From contig JBDTFR010000054.1 of the NCBI GenBank assembly GCA_039937835.1, forward strand, positions 9,543 to 73,542: a DNA stretch of 64,000 bases. Direction: 5' to 3'. Source of the stretch: Bacteroidia bacterium. GTDB lineage: Bacteria > Bacteroidota > Bacteroidia > 2-12-FULL-35-15. The notes beneath the pieces are model-generated. The model was not told where the DNA came from. It saw only the letters and a list, made by a program, of their open reading frames with translations, and made no database searches. Position numbers and translations under genes: made by a program. Shown one piece after another: positions 1 through 9,716 of the stretch. The first letter of the stretch is position 1, and each line of letters starts with the position of its first letter.

Positions 1-31
1 ATGGAATATTTCGTTAAGAATATTAATTATT

Positions 32-322
32 ATGACTTTTTTAGAATTGAATAAAATTAATGAGGTGGGGAGGTTAGTTGAAGCATTAAGAAAATACATA
101 GAACGTACCAAGAGGACTGGTATAATAGAAGAACGTTATATTTTAATAGTAAAATTATTACGTGAATTAGAAAAGAATGGATATGAATTTAATCCAGCAA
201 ACAATAATGCTACAAAAATATTAACACTACTTGCCAAAAAAAACACCCCTCTGTCATGGAATTACTATACGCCCGAAATTATTCCGTTTCATAAATGGCT
301 ATTAGATAAAAAGACATATTAG
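32..322 (+). CDS. hypothetical small protein (96 aa)
   Basis: Intact ORF with ATG start. No recognisable motifs. Highly basic and helical. Confidence 0.3.
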   Translation: MTFLELNKINEVGRLVEALRKYIERTKRTGIIEERYILIVKLLRELEKNGYEFNPANNNATKILTLLAKKNTPLSWNYYTPEIIPFHKWLLDKKTY

Positions 323-368
323 TTTAGCAATAAGCCTTATAATACAATAAAAGTATATAAAAAAGATG

Positions 369-3272
369 TTATTTGGGTTCTGTAAACTTTAGGTATTCTG
401 CTTCTAAAATAGGTACGTTATTTTTAAAATAGTAAATTGCTCCAAACGACGTAACTTTTTTAAGATATAAATCGCCTTCATTCCCTTTTATAACAATTCG
501 TCGTGTAACTTTCGCATTCCCTTCTGTTGTATATTCTTCTGTTATTCCTTCTGGGTACTTTTTAACCAAATCATTTTTAAAATCATCCTTATTAATAATG
601 TTTTCTGCTTTAATACTTGGCTTTGATGGTTTATTTAATAATAAATCAATTTGTATTACTTTATCTTTGGGATACTTTTCTGTCGCTTTTATTATGGCAG
701 CGTCTAAATAACTACTCTTAGCTTCTTTGTATTCTCTGTTTCCAAACGCTTTATCTGCCTTTGCAATAACAGCTGCATATTTTTCATTTAATTCTTTAGC
801 TAATTGATCCTTAGCTAATCGACCTTTCTCTGCGGTGGCCTTATTACTTGCTTCCGCTAAGCGTTTTTCTATTTCTGCTAGTTGAGTTTTAGGATAAGTC
901 TCTTCTTGTTTTATTTTTAGCCCTTCTTCATAACTCATTTTCGCATTCGCATACTCTTTAGCACTAAACGCTTTATCTGCCTTGGCGATAACAGCTGCAT
1001 ATTTTTCATTTAATTCTTTCGCTAATTGCTCTTTTGCTAATCGATCTTTCTCTGCGGTGGCATTATTGCTTGCTTCGGCTAACCGTTTTTCTATTTCAGC
1101 TAGTTGAGTTTTAGGATAAGTTTCTTCTTGCTTTATTTTTAGCCCGTCTTCATAACTAGATTTTGCATTGGAATAATCTTTAGCACTAAACGATTTATCT
1201 GCCTTAGCTATTACAGCAGCATATTTTTCATTTACGTCTTTGGCTAACTGTTCTTTTGCTAGCAGATCCTTTTCTGGTGTTGCTTTATTACTTAATTCGG
1301 CTAAGCGTTTTTCTATTTCAGCTAGTTGAGTTTTAGGATAGCTCTCTTCTTGTTTTATTTTTAGTCCTTCTTCGTAACTTATTTTTGCATTCGCATACTC
1401 TTTAGCACTAAACGCTTTATCTGCCTTGGCGATAACGGCTGCATATTTTTCCTTTATTTCTTTCGCTAATTGCTCTTTTGTTAATCGATCTTTCTCTGCG
1501 GTTGCCTTATTACTTAATTCGGCTAACCGTTTTTCTATTTCAGCTAGTTGAGTTTTAGGATAGGTCTCTTCTTGTTTTATTTTTAGTCCTTCTTCGTAAC
1601 TTATTTTTGCATTCGAATAATCTTTAGCACTAAACAATTTATCTGCCATAGCTATTACAGCAGCATATTTTTCATTTACGTCTTTGGCTAACTGTTCTTT
1701 TGCTAATCGATCCTTTTCTGCTGTCGCCTTATTACTTAATTCTGCTAAGCGTTTCTCTATTTCAGCAAGTTGAGTTTTAGGATAGCTCTCTTCTTGTTTT
1801 ATTTTTAGTCCTTCTTCGTAACTTATTTTTGCATTCGCATACTCTTTAGCACTAAAAGCTTTATCTGCCTTGGCGATAACAGCTGCATATTTTTCATTTT
1901 GTTCTTTCGCTAATTTCTCTTTTGCTAATCGATCTTTCTCTGTGGTGGCATTATTGCTTGCTTCGGCTAAGCGTTTTTCTATTTCAGCTAATTGAGTTTT
2001 AGGATAAGTCTCTTCTTGTTTTATTTTTAGCCCTTCTTCATAACTCATTTTCGCATTCGCATACTCTTTAGCACTAAACGATTTATCTGCTTTAGCAATT
2101 AAAGCAGCATATTTTTCTGTTAGCTCTTTCGCTAATTGCTCTTTTGAATTTAACTCTGTTAATAGTTTATCAATTTCTTCAATTTTAATTTTGGGATATT
2201 TCTCAGTTGGTTTTAATGATAAAGCCTCCTTGTAAGAAGTTTTAGAAAGTTCGTATTTTTTATCTGTAAAATCTTTATCCCCCTTATTAATAGCTGCATC
2301 ATATTTAGTATTAAGATCCGCAGTTTTAGAACCTTCTGCAATCATTTTTTGTATTTCTTCTAATTTTTTTGGTGAGTATTTCTCGCTAGGCTTTAGCGTT
2401 AATGCTTCATTATATGCGCTTTTAGCAATATCTAATTTTTTCGATAACAATGCTTCGTCTCCTTTTTTTATAGCTGCATTATAATCAGTATCTAATTGTG
2501 ATTTTTTTAATGATTCGGCAATTAATTTTTCTATTTCACTTATTTTTTCCAACGGGTACTTTTCTTTTTGTTTAATTGTAAGAGCATCTTGATAGGCTTC
2601 TTTTGAATGAAGAAAATCTCTTTTTGAAAAAGCTTCATCCCCCTTTAATATTGCAGCATTATATTTACTTTCGCTCGCTGTAACAAGTGATTGTTGTTGT
2701 TTTGTGTCATCTTCAGTCTTTTTATTTACTTCTTTCTCTAATTGATTTAATCGGTTTAATTCTTTTAGCATTGATTGCGAATAACCCTCATCAAATACAA
2801 TATCTTGTAATGTGGTGTTGTACATAAACTTAGCAATGGGTTGACTTAATATTTGATTTATCTGAGAAACAACTTGAGGATCTTTAGGCAATTCAAAAAT
2901 AGAGATATCAGGCTTCGCTCCACCTCGATAAATCGAGGCTATCTCTGGGGGAACGCCTAAAGTAGAAAATAAAAAGGTTTTAGTAATAAATCCAGGCTTA
3001 GTAACATCCATTCTGTATTCTGCATCTTGGTCTAAGTTTACATTAAACTTACCATTTGCCGATGTAACAACTTGTTGAATTTGAGTACCACCTTTATAAA
3101 TTGTAATAATAGCTCCCTCAAGACGTTTTCCACTTTTGTTAACAGTTCCACTAATTTCATATTGCCACTGAGCATTCGCCTGATGAGAAAACAGAAAAAT
3201 TAGAATTAGCGAAATTAATTTTATGTAACGATTAAAGATATGATTAAAAATAAACGTTTTGAAAATTACCAT
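369..3272 (-). CDS. secreted tandem-repeat protein: signal peptide, CarboxypepD_reg-like N-domain, then ~60-aa degenerate and 74-aa near-identical TPR/Sel1-like helical repeats
   Basis: N-terminal hydrophobic signal peptide. 'GTVNKSGKRLEGAIITIYKGG...GKFNVNL' matches the carboxypeptidase-regulatory-like beta-sandwich fold. Six full and one partial copy of a 74-aa unit 'EKYAAVIAKADKAFSAKEYANAKISYEEGLKIKQEETYPKTQLAEIEKRLAE...' are visible in the translation. Confidence 0.6.
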   Translation of the reverse strand: MVIFKTFIFNHIFNRYIKLISLILIFLFSHQANAQWQYEISGTVNKSGKRLEGAIITIYKGGTQIQQVVTSANGKFNVNLDQDAEYRMDVTKPGFITKTFLFSTLGVPPEIASIYRGGAKPDISIFELPKDPQVVSQINQILSQPIAKFMYNTTLQDIVFDEGYSQSMLKELNRLNQLEKEVNKKTEDDTKQQQSLVTASESKYNAAILKGDEAFSKRDFLHSKEAYQDALTIKQKEKYPLEKISEIEKLIAESLKKSQLDTDYNAAIKKGDEALLSKKLDIAKSAYNEALTLKPSEKYSPKKLEEIQKMIAEGSKTADLNTKYDAAINKGDKDFTDKKYELSKTSYKEALSLKPTEKYPKIKIEEIDKLLTELNSKEQLAKELTEKYAALIAKADKSFSAKEYANAKMSYEEGLKIKQEETYPKTQLAEIEKRLAEASNNATTEKDRLAKEKLAKEQNEKYAAVIAKADKAFSAKEYANAKISYEEGLKIKQEESYPKTQLAEIEKRLAELSNKATAEKDRLAKEQLAKDVNEKYAAVIAMADKLFSAKDYSNAKISYEEGLKIKQEETYPKTQLAEIEKRLAELSNKATAEKDRLTKEQLAKEIKEKYAAVIAKADKAFSAKEYANAKISYEEGLKIKQEESYPKTQLAEIEKRLAELSNKATPEKDLLAKEQLAKDVNEKYAAVIAKADKSFSAKDYSNAKSSYEDGLKIKQEETYPKTQLAEIEKRLAEASNNATAEKDRLAKEQLAKELNEKYAAVIAKADKAFSAKEYANAKMSYEEGLKIKQEETYPKTQLAEIEKRLAEASNKATAEKGRLAKDQLAKELNEKYAAVIAKADKAFGNREYKEAKSSYLDAAIIKATEKYPKDKVIQIDLLLNKPSKPSIKAENIINKDDFKNDLVKKYPEGITEEYTTEGNAKVTRRIVIKGNEGDLYLKKVTSFGAIYYFKNNVPILEAEYLKFTEPK
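760..2125. repeat. about 6 tandem copies of a 222-bp unit, more than 90% identical, lying inside the 369..3272 CDS
   Basis: The motif 'ttatctgcc..gcaataacagctgcatatttttcatttaattctt' recurs at 751, 973, 1195, 1417... with a period of 222 bp, corresponding to the 74-aa protein repeats. Confidence 0.8.
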
Positions 3273-3654
3273 ACATATTGCTTTAATTTATGAGAATTTA
3301 ATTGAAAGCATTAATTTATAATCACAAATATCGTAAAAAAAAGGTCAGGTCATTAAATTGGAAAAATTACTTGTTCTAAAACGAATTTATTTTTTTAAGA
3401 ATAAAAGATATAAACAGTTTAGCAAATATGAAAATAAATACATAAATAATATTTTTTAATTTGTCATAATGTTTATTGTGATAGGGTTTATTGTAGAAGT
3501 AGTTAAAAAAATTGAGCTTTCAGGAGAAATCTCGAATCCCTTGGTAGAGAATATTGAAATACAATATAAGTCAACGTATTTCATTAAATTAAAAATTTTT
3601 AGTTTGTAAAAATACTATAATGATTTACTTTCAGGCTTTACTAAATTTTAAAAC

Positions 3655-3690
3655 AGAAAAAAAACTCCTTAAATTTCTTCAAGGAGTTTT
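3655..3690 (-). terminator. rho-independent terminator downstream of the fasciclin gene
   Basis: Hairpin aactccttaaatttcttcaaggagtt at 3663..3688, flanked by A-run and T-run. On the minus transcript the hairpin is followed by UUUUUUU. Confidence 0.6.
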
Positions 3691-3710
3691 TTAATTGACC
3701 TAAAGTGCTG

Positions 3711-4214
3711 TTACTTTGGAAGTAAAACTCCATCAATTACATGCACTACACCGTTACTACCTTTTAAATCTGCAGCAACTACTAAAGCAGAATTACCAGA
3801 CTCATCAGTTAATTTAACTTTATCACCTTCTAATGATGCAGTTAATTTTCCGCCACTAACTGTAGTTAAAACAGCTTTACCCTTTCCTTTTTTGATTGCA
3901 GCAACAACTGCAGCAGCATTTAAATTTCCACTTACCACATGGTAGGTTAAAATTTTAGCCAACTTGGCTTTGTTTTCAGGTTTTAATAAATCCTCAACTG
4001 TACCTTCTGGCAATTTATCAAAAGCAGCATTTGTTGGAGCAAATACAGTGAAGGGACCTTTTCCTTTTAAAGTGGTAACTAAATCGGCAGCTTTAATAGC
4101 CGCTACAAGTGTTGTGTGATCTTTTGATCCGATTGCGATATCAACCACATCTTTACTTTGGCTGAATGAAACCGATGATACTAAAGTTAATAGAACTAAA
4201 AATACTTTTTTCAT
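3711..4214 (-). CDS. fasciclin (FAS1) domain secreted protein
   Basis: Signal peptide. 'FTVFAPTNAAFDKLPEGTVEDLL...LTYHVV' is the typical FAS1 signature. Confidence 0.75.
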   Translation of the reverse strand: MKKVFLVLLTLVSSVSFSQSKDVVDIAIGSKDHTTLVAAIKAADLVTTLKGKGPFTVFAPTNAAFDKLPEGTVEDLLKPENKAKLAKILTYHVVSGNLNAAAVVAAIKKGKGKAVLTTVSGGKLTASLEGDKVKLTDESGNSALVVAADLKGSNGVVHVIDGVLLPK

Positions 4215-4595
4215 AATTTTTATTTTGTTTAAGTTTTATGAAGTAAAGTTAAACAATAATTTAATTAAAAGACTATTATTTATTTTTAGTTATTAACTAT
4301 AAAATTTTTATTCAGTAATAATTTAAATGAAGTTTATTAACAATAGCATGAGTTGTTTATGAAAAGCTCAAGATTTTAGCTTAATTGAGTAAAAAATTTT
4401 CCAACCGAAAAAATGATACAGAGAAAAATAACTGACTTCTTTTTAGATTTTTTCCTGTAAAGCTTTGTCGCCCAATAGTCATTAATTTCAAATAAACTTA
4501 AGACTCCTAAAACAAATATTTGTGAGTAATTTAATACAGGCCAAAAATTTTTAGATTAATCGCTTATTTTGCAACAATATGAAACTTTTGAAGGG

Positions 4596-4632
4596 TAAAA
4601 AAAAGGAAAGCACATTTTTAATAATGTGCTTT
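4596..4632 (-). terminator. terminator downstream of tRNA-Arg
   Basis: Hairpin aaagcacatttttaataatgtgcttt at 4607..4632, followed on the minus strand by a U-run (plus a-run 4596..4604). Confidence 0.5.
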
Positions 4633-4641
4633 ACGAGGAAG

Positions 4642-4715
4642 TGGTCTTGTAGGGATTCGAACCCCAAACCTTCTCATCCGTAGTGAGATGCTCTATCCAG
4701 TTGAGCTACAAAACC
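4642..4715 (-). tRNA. tRNA-Arg (anticodon ACG)
   Basis: Hand-folded cloverleaf on the reverse complement: acceptor GGTTTTG/CAAGACC, D-arm GCTC/GAGC, anticodon stem TCTCA/TGAGA with loop CTACGGA, T-arm TGGGG-TTCGAAT-CCCTA. CCA is not encoded. Confidence 0.85.
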
Positions 4716-4833
4716 CTTTGCATAAATGCGGTGCAAATATAATGAAACATCTGAAATGATGAAAATAAAATTAACTACTTGTATTAAAATATTTATTTAA
4801 TAATTTAGTGTATTGTTTTTTTAGATAAATTAT

Positions 4834-4865
4834 AAAAGGTGAATTAAATAAATTAATCACCTTTT
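4834..4865 (-). terminator. hairpin downstream of the DEAD-box helicase gene, possibly bidirectional
   Basis: Inverted repeat aaaaggtga...tcacctttt with an AT/U-rich tail. Confidence 0.4.
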
Positions 4866-4881
4866 ATAATTTAATGCAGAA

Positions 4882-6822
4882 TTAGAATTGTTTTCTAGGA
4901 CGTTTTGACCTAGTAAAATTATTTTTTCTTTCGCCATCAGAAAAATCTGTATTTCCTTTTGCAGCAACTCTTTCAGAACGATCGCTGTAGCTATTGCGTT
5001 CTGCTCCGTTTTCACTCGAATTTCTATCGTTTCCATTTCTTTCGATACCATAAGTTCTGCGTTCACCTGCTCCTGAATAACTACGGTTTCCTCCTCTATC
5101 GCTACTACTTTTTTCAGAACGATTGCCATAACTCTTACGTTCGCCACCAAATCCCCCTTTACTTCTAGATCTGTCATAACTTCCACGTTCTCCTCCTCTA
5201 CTCTCTCCTCCTCCTCTACTAGCAGATTGCCCTCTAGATTCGATGCGTACATTGCGATTATTGTATCGTACATTTTTAAATGTACCTGTAATAATCTCCG
5301 CTACTTCGGATTTAACTTCTATAAAAGAAAAACTACTTTTAACTTCAATACTTGCAATAGATGCCATATCTACACCAGAGATTTCAGATATGTACTCCTT
5401 CATAGTATTATTGTCTAAACTATCTAACTCTCCTAAGTTTATAAATAATTTAGTAATACCTGGAGAAGAAACATTTCTTTCCCTATCTCTTCCGCTAGAA
5501 GCATTGAGATCAGGTGCATTTTTATAATAAGTAATAAACTTATTAAACTCTGTAGAAACGAAACGTTTAATAATATCTTCTCTCGTTAATTCAGAAAGTT
5601 GTTCATATATTTTTGGTAAATAAGGTTCTATTGCATTTTCATTTACTTCAGTTGTATGAATTTTTTTAACAAGGCTTAAAAGTTGCTTTTCACATGTTTC
5701 AGCACCAGTAGGTATTAGGCCTTGAGTAAATTTCTTTTTAATAATACGTTCAATAATACGAATTTTACCAACCTCTTTACTATTAATTATGGCAATTGAA
5801 ACACCTTGTTTTCCTGCACGTGCAGTACGTCCTGAGCGGTGTGTATAATTTTCAATTTCATCTGGTAAATTATAATTAATAACATGTGTAACATCATTCA
5901 CATCAATACCACGGGCTGCAACATCTGTTGCCACAAGCATTTGTAAAGAGCGTGAACGATAACGTTTCATTACATGATCGCGTTGTGATTGTGATAAATC
6001 GCCGTGCAAAGCATCAGCACCATATCCGTCTTTAATTAAAGAATCTGCAATTTCCTGGGTTTCAATTCTAGTACGACAAAATACAATCGCAAAAATATCA
6101 GGATTTGAATCGGCAATACGCTTTAACACTGCATATTTATCTCTTCCTTGTACAACATAATAAATGTGTTCTATATTATCATTACCAGAATTTTTCGTTC
6201 CACTAGTAATTTCTATAGGGCTTTTCATGTAATTCTTAGAAATACGTAGTACTTCATCAGGCATTGTTGCTGAAAACAACCACGTATTTTTTTCTTCAGG
6301 GGTTTGTAATAATATAGTATCTAAATCTTCTTTAAACCCCATGTTTAGCATTTCATCTGCTTCATCAAGCACCGCAAAACGTACATTAGATAAATTAATA
6401 CGACGGCGATCAATCATATCATTCATTCTACCTGGTGTAGCAACCACTATTTGCGCTCCTTTTTTTATATCTCTTGATTGGTTATCAATACTAGCACCGC
6501 CATAGACAGCTACTATATTTGCTCCTGAAATATACTTTGTATAAGATTGTAAATCGCGTGTAATTTGCATACACAATTCACGGGTAGGGCAGAGTATTAC
6601 TGCCTGCGTATCGCGCGATGTAAAATCTACCAAAGAAGTTAAAGGTAAACCAAAGGCAGCTGTTTTTCCAGTACCAGTCTGTGCTAAAGCTACAAGATCT
6701 GTTTTACCAGTTAATAATGCAGGAATTACTTTTTCCTGAATAGGTGTAGGGCTTTCAAAACCCAATTCTGTTACAGCTTTAACAATATCATTGTTAAGCC
6801 CTAACGCTTCAAATTTGTTCAT
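4882..6822 (-). CDS. deaD: DEAD-box ATP-dependent RNA helicase (DeaD/CsdA-like) with a C-terminal RGG/SR-rich tail
   Basis: Q-motif, 'AQTGTGKT' (Walker A), 'DEAD' box, 'SAT', 'HRSGRTAR'. DbpA-like C-region, then a low-complexity Arg/Gly/Ser-rich tail. Confidence 0.9.
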   Translation of the reverse strand: MNKFEALGLNNDIVKAVTELGFESPTPIQEKVIPALLTGKTDLVALAQTGTGKTAAFGLPLTSLVDFTSRDTQAVILCPTRELCMQITRDLQSYTKYISGANIVAVYGGASIDNQSRDIKKGAQIVVATPGRMNDMIDRRRINLSNVRFAVLDEADEMLNMGFKEDLDTILLQTPEEKNTWLFSATMPDEVLRISKNYMKSPIEITSGTKNSGNDNIEHIYYVVQGRDKYAVLKRIADSNPDIFAIVFCRTRIETQEIADSLIKDGYGADALHGDLSQSQRDHVMKRYRSRSLQMLVATDVAARGIDVNDVTHVINYNLPDEIENYTHRSGRTARAGKQGVSIAIINSKEVGKIRIIERIIKKKFTQGLIPTGAETCEKQLLSLVKKIHTTEVNENAIEPYLPKIYEQLSELTREDIIKRFVSTEFNKFITYYKNAPDLNASSGRDRERNVSSPGITKLFINLGELDSLDNNTMKEYISEISGVDMASIASIEVKSSFSFIEVKSEVAEIITGTFKNVRYNNRNVRIESRGQSASRGGGESRGGERGSYDRSRSKGGFGGERKSYGNRSEKSSSDRGGNRSYSGAGERRTYGIERNGNDRNSSENGAERNSYSDRSERVAAKGNTDFSDGERKNNFTRSKRPRKQF

Positions 6823-6843
6823 TAAATAGTTATTAAATTAATT

Positions 6844-6899
6844 ATTACAGTTGTCAACTTTACGAGGAAATATAGTGAGTTGAATGTGACAACTGTAAT
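6844..6899. promoter_or_regulatory. perfect 13-bp inverted repeat in the deaD 5' leader
   Basis: attacagttgtca (6844..6856) and tgacaactgtaat (6887..6899), separated by a 30-nt spacer, about 20 nt upstream of the deaD start codon. Confidence 0.5.
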
Positions 6900-7112
6900 T
6901 TAAGTAACCAATCATTACTTTGAATTGGGGGCTATTTTCGGCAGCAATAATAACTTAACCAGTTGGTAAATTCGTCTCAGCAAAAATCCTTCTTTTTGAC
7001 TAAAACCGCTGCAAAGATACTTTATTTTTTGAAATCACCAATACGTAATATAAACTTTTTAAAAAATACAGGCTAATTGATACGTTAAATAGATGAAATG
7101 CTAAACTATTTG

Positions 7113-7496
7113 TTAAACTTCGTTGTAAAGAAAAGCTATATCCACAACCTCTGAAAATTCTTTACCTGCTTCTAACATGTCCTCATCCAACTTCTCATAA
7201 TTCCATTCTATTCTAATGGTGTTGTTTTTATGTTTAGCTAGTTCTTTAACAGTTTGTAAAATTTTTACGATATATCTTGCTGACGTGGAATTAAAGTAGT
7301 CGAACCTAAATATAAAAATCAAGGCGGCATTATTAGGTTCTATAGCTATATGTTTAGTAATCCAGTCAATTATAGGCTCATAAAATTTTCCACAGTTTTC
7401 AGGGCGGGATTCTCCTTCAAAAATTAACTGTTTAGTTGTTGGGTTATAAATAACCGATGGTGAATATTCTGTTTTCTTAATATTAAGAGCGTGCAT
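7113..7496 (-). CDS. DUF1987 (SiaC-like) partner-switch protein
   Basis: 'LIFEGESRPENCGKFYEPIIDWI...FDYFNSTSARYIVKIL...IEWNYEKLDEDMLEAGKEF' matches the DUF1987/SiaC family pattern from memory. Confidence 0.6.
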   Translation of the reverse strand: MHALNIKKTEYSPSVIYNPTTKQLIFEGESRPENCGKFYEPIIDWITKHIAIEPNNAALIFIFRFDYFNSTSARYIVKILQTVKELAKHKNNTIRIEWNYEKLDEDMLEAGKEFSEVVDIAFLYNEV

Positions 7497-7505
7497 AGTT
7501 AGTTA

Positions 7506-8057
7506 TTAAATATATGCATTGATTTCTGTTTGAAAAATATAAAAAGATGTATTATCTGAATTTTGTTTAAAGTTATACATTATTTTATTTCCTGATTTAA
7601 TTGCTATATCAATAATACCCAGCCCTGCTTTATTTTCATGCACCCGTTTCGATATAATTTGCTCTCTATAAACATTTTTAAGCTCTTCTGGTGAAAGACT
7701 TAACACCGTTTCTAATTTTTCTTTTAATTTAGGGATGTCTTGGTTTAAGATATAATTACCTGTTATTACTAGATATTTGCCATTAGTTTTACAAAGTAGT
7801 ATTATTCCACTACTTTGTACATTATTTTCTACCGGGGAGTATTTACTTAAATTTTCTATACTTTCCACTACTACATTATAAACTCGTTTATCTAAACCGT
7901 TACCTCCGATTGATCTTTTCAACTCTCGCTTTATACTTTTTAATAATGTAGTGGTAACAAAATGTTCAAAAGTACCTGTATAAGCAAAAATTATATTTTC
8001 CTTATTCATGTATTTATAAACATCAAACACATTAAGTAATTCTGACATATAGGTCAT
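7506..8057 (-). CDS. SiaB-like small protein kinase (partner of DUF1987)
   Basis: A ~180-aa protein immediately upstream in the same orientation with a 9-bp gap. Size and context match the 'SiaB family protein kinase + DUF1987' pairs common in Bacteroidota. No strong motif was confirmed. Confidence 0.4.
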   Translation of the reverse strand: MTYMSELLNVFDVYKYMNKENIIFAYTGTFEHFVTTTLLKSIKRELKRSIGGNGLDKRVYNVVVESIENLSKYSPVENNVQSSGIILLCKTNGKYLVITGNYILNQDIPKLKEKLETVLSLSPEELKNVYREQIISKRVHENKAGLGIIDIAIKSGNKIMYNFKQNSDNTSFYIFQTEINAYI

Positions 8058-8260
8058 TTATGATAAACTATTTAAAAAACAATTATTTTTTAAAATATTT
8101 ATCATTATTACGAAATATGTAGTTATAATAGTTACATAAAATAAGAATTTTATTGAAAATAAAAAGTACTTAATTAAATCAATTTAAAATTTTTAGCATT
8201 CTTTTTTAATTGATTTATAGATTTCTCTTACAGTATTTTTTTGAATATTAAATTAAAAAA

Positions 8261-8598
8261 CAGGTCTATAAGCCGGGTTCTGTCGAGTTCTATCATTTAT
8301 CTAGCTTTTTCATCACTGAAAAAATCATGCAGCCTACCCTCCGAATAGAGCGAGCAACTCTTATACTTCGGTTTATTTGGCCTTTCAACTCCCAAGGTTT
8401 ACCCAAAATAACTGTCACCAGCTACTTTCGTGAGCTCTTACCTCACATTTTCACCATCACCTGCATTTCTGCAAGGCTGTAATTTTCTGTGGCACTTGCT
8501 GTTTCCTACATTACTGCAAGAACCTTCCAGTTAGGAAGTGGAATGCTCTGTGTTGCCCGGACTTTCCTCTCTAAAACTTAGAGCGATAGAACGACCTG
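8261..8598 (-). ncRNA. rnpB: RNase P RNA, bacterial type A (rnpB)
   Basis: On the minus strand: 'GAGGAAAGUCCGGGC' (P4 5' strand, plus 8555..8569 rc) and 'ACAGAACCCGGCUUA' (P4 3' strand, plus 8267..8282 rc). The P1 termini CAGGUC/GACCUG pair. The island is GC-rich in AT-rich surroundings and is followed by a U-tract. Confidence 0.85.
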
Positions 8599-8636
8599 TA
8601 AAACAAAGTTAATTATTTATATTAAATAACAAGGTG

Positions 8637-9680
8637 TTAACCAATAGCAATTTCTGTGGCTCCAAATCCATACCGAGCATAAGAGGCATCATAAAATTTT
8701 AATGACTTGTTTGCTAATAATATGTTGCGAACTTCTTGTTTTAACCTTCCATTACCAACACCATGTATAACTATTAATCTTCTACAATGATTATTTATAG
8801 CAGTATCTAAAGCATTTTGAAATTCTTTTAATTGAACCTGTACTATTTCAGCGTTATTCATTCCGCTATAATTTTCTAATAACTCTTCTATATGCAAATC
8901 TATTTCCATTTCATTCGCAGGGTTATTGTTGGCGTGTGGCTTCGATTTTTTAGGCGAATCATTAAAATTTAATTTCTGAGATAAAATTTTTGAAAAATCA
9001 ATAGCCGAAGTATTCATTTTATTTTGTTGCTCCATTTCACTTAATTCAAAAACTGGCAACAACAATGATTTTTGATTTATGAATTTATTGGCTTCAAATG
9101 CATTTTGCTTGTAAAGTTTAATTGGTTTTAATTTTACAATTTCACTTATTGGTGGGTGGTGCAAATGTTCTTTATCATTAAAAAATAAGACATCAACTTT
9201 TAAATGAGTATGATTATTCAATTCTGCTTTATCAATGGTTTCAATTAACTCAGAACTAAGACTATTGATATTAGCTGTCTCAAGGGTAGTAAATTTATTA
9301 TTATTTAAAATTGAATAGGTAATTAATAAGTTATATGTAGTATTGTTAATTAACCATACATTTATATCAGAATGTATAATATTATCAATACTTTCAGGAG
9401 AAAAAGCGAGATAAATAGCTTGTGTGTTATCAATACTTGACTTATTTATCTTTACAGAATAGACCTCATTTAACACTGAAAGAATGGGTATTTGATCGTG
9501 TACCACCTTTTTTATTACTTCTGTCTCACTCGACTCCATAATTAACTCTGAAATTAAAAAAGGTAACTCAAAACCATCCTCGATGGTAATTCCAACAGTA
9601 GTTTTATTTATTATTTTCGAAACCTTTCCTCTTCCTTTTTCATTAAGAAATTTTACTATATCTCCAATCTTAAATTTCAT
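8637..9680 (-). CDS. DUF2027 + Smr domain protein
   Basis: C-terminal 'LIVIHGVGNGRLKQEVRNIL' is the Smr motif. N-terminal 'MKFKIGDIVKFLNEKGRGKV' resembles DUF2027. Confidence 0.6.
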   Translation of the reverse strand: MKFKIGDIVKFLNEKGRGKVSKIINKTTVGITIEDGFELPFLISELIMESSETEVIKKVVHDQIPILSVLNEVYSVKINKSSIDNTQAIYLAFSPESIDNIIHSDINVWLINNTTYNLLITYSILNNNKFTTLETANINSLSSELIETIDKAELNNHTHLKVDVLFFNDKEHLHHPPISEIVKLKPIKLYKQNAFEANKFINQKSLLLPVFELSEMEQQNKMNTSAIDFSKILSQKLNFNDSPKKSKPHANNNPANEMEIDLHIEELLENYSGMNNAEIVQVQLKEFQNALDTAINNHCRRLIVIHGVGNGRLKQEVRNILLANKSLKFYDASYARYGFGATEIAIG

Positions 9681-9716
9681 ATTATTAAGCTATTTTATTA
9701 AAACATTATTTTTTTA

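Noticed and set aside
760-2125. Regular repeats that might be a CRISPR array
   Set aside because: The period is 222 bp with no unique spacers, and the repeats are in-frame within a long ORF encoding a repeat protein. They are not CRISPR.
4857-5273. 138-aa ORF overlapping the 3' end of the helicase gene, and small plus-strand ORFs at 4959..5527
   Set aside because: They lie in alternate frames of the low-complexity RGG/SR-rich tail of the helicase gene. The E/V-rich translation is a frame artefact.
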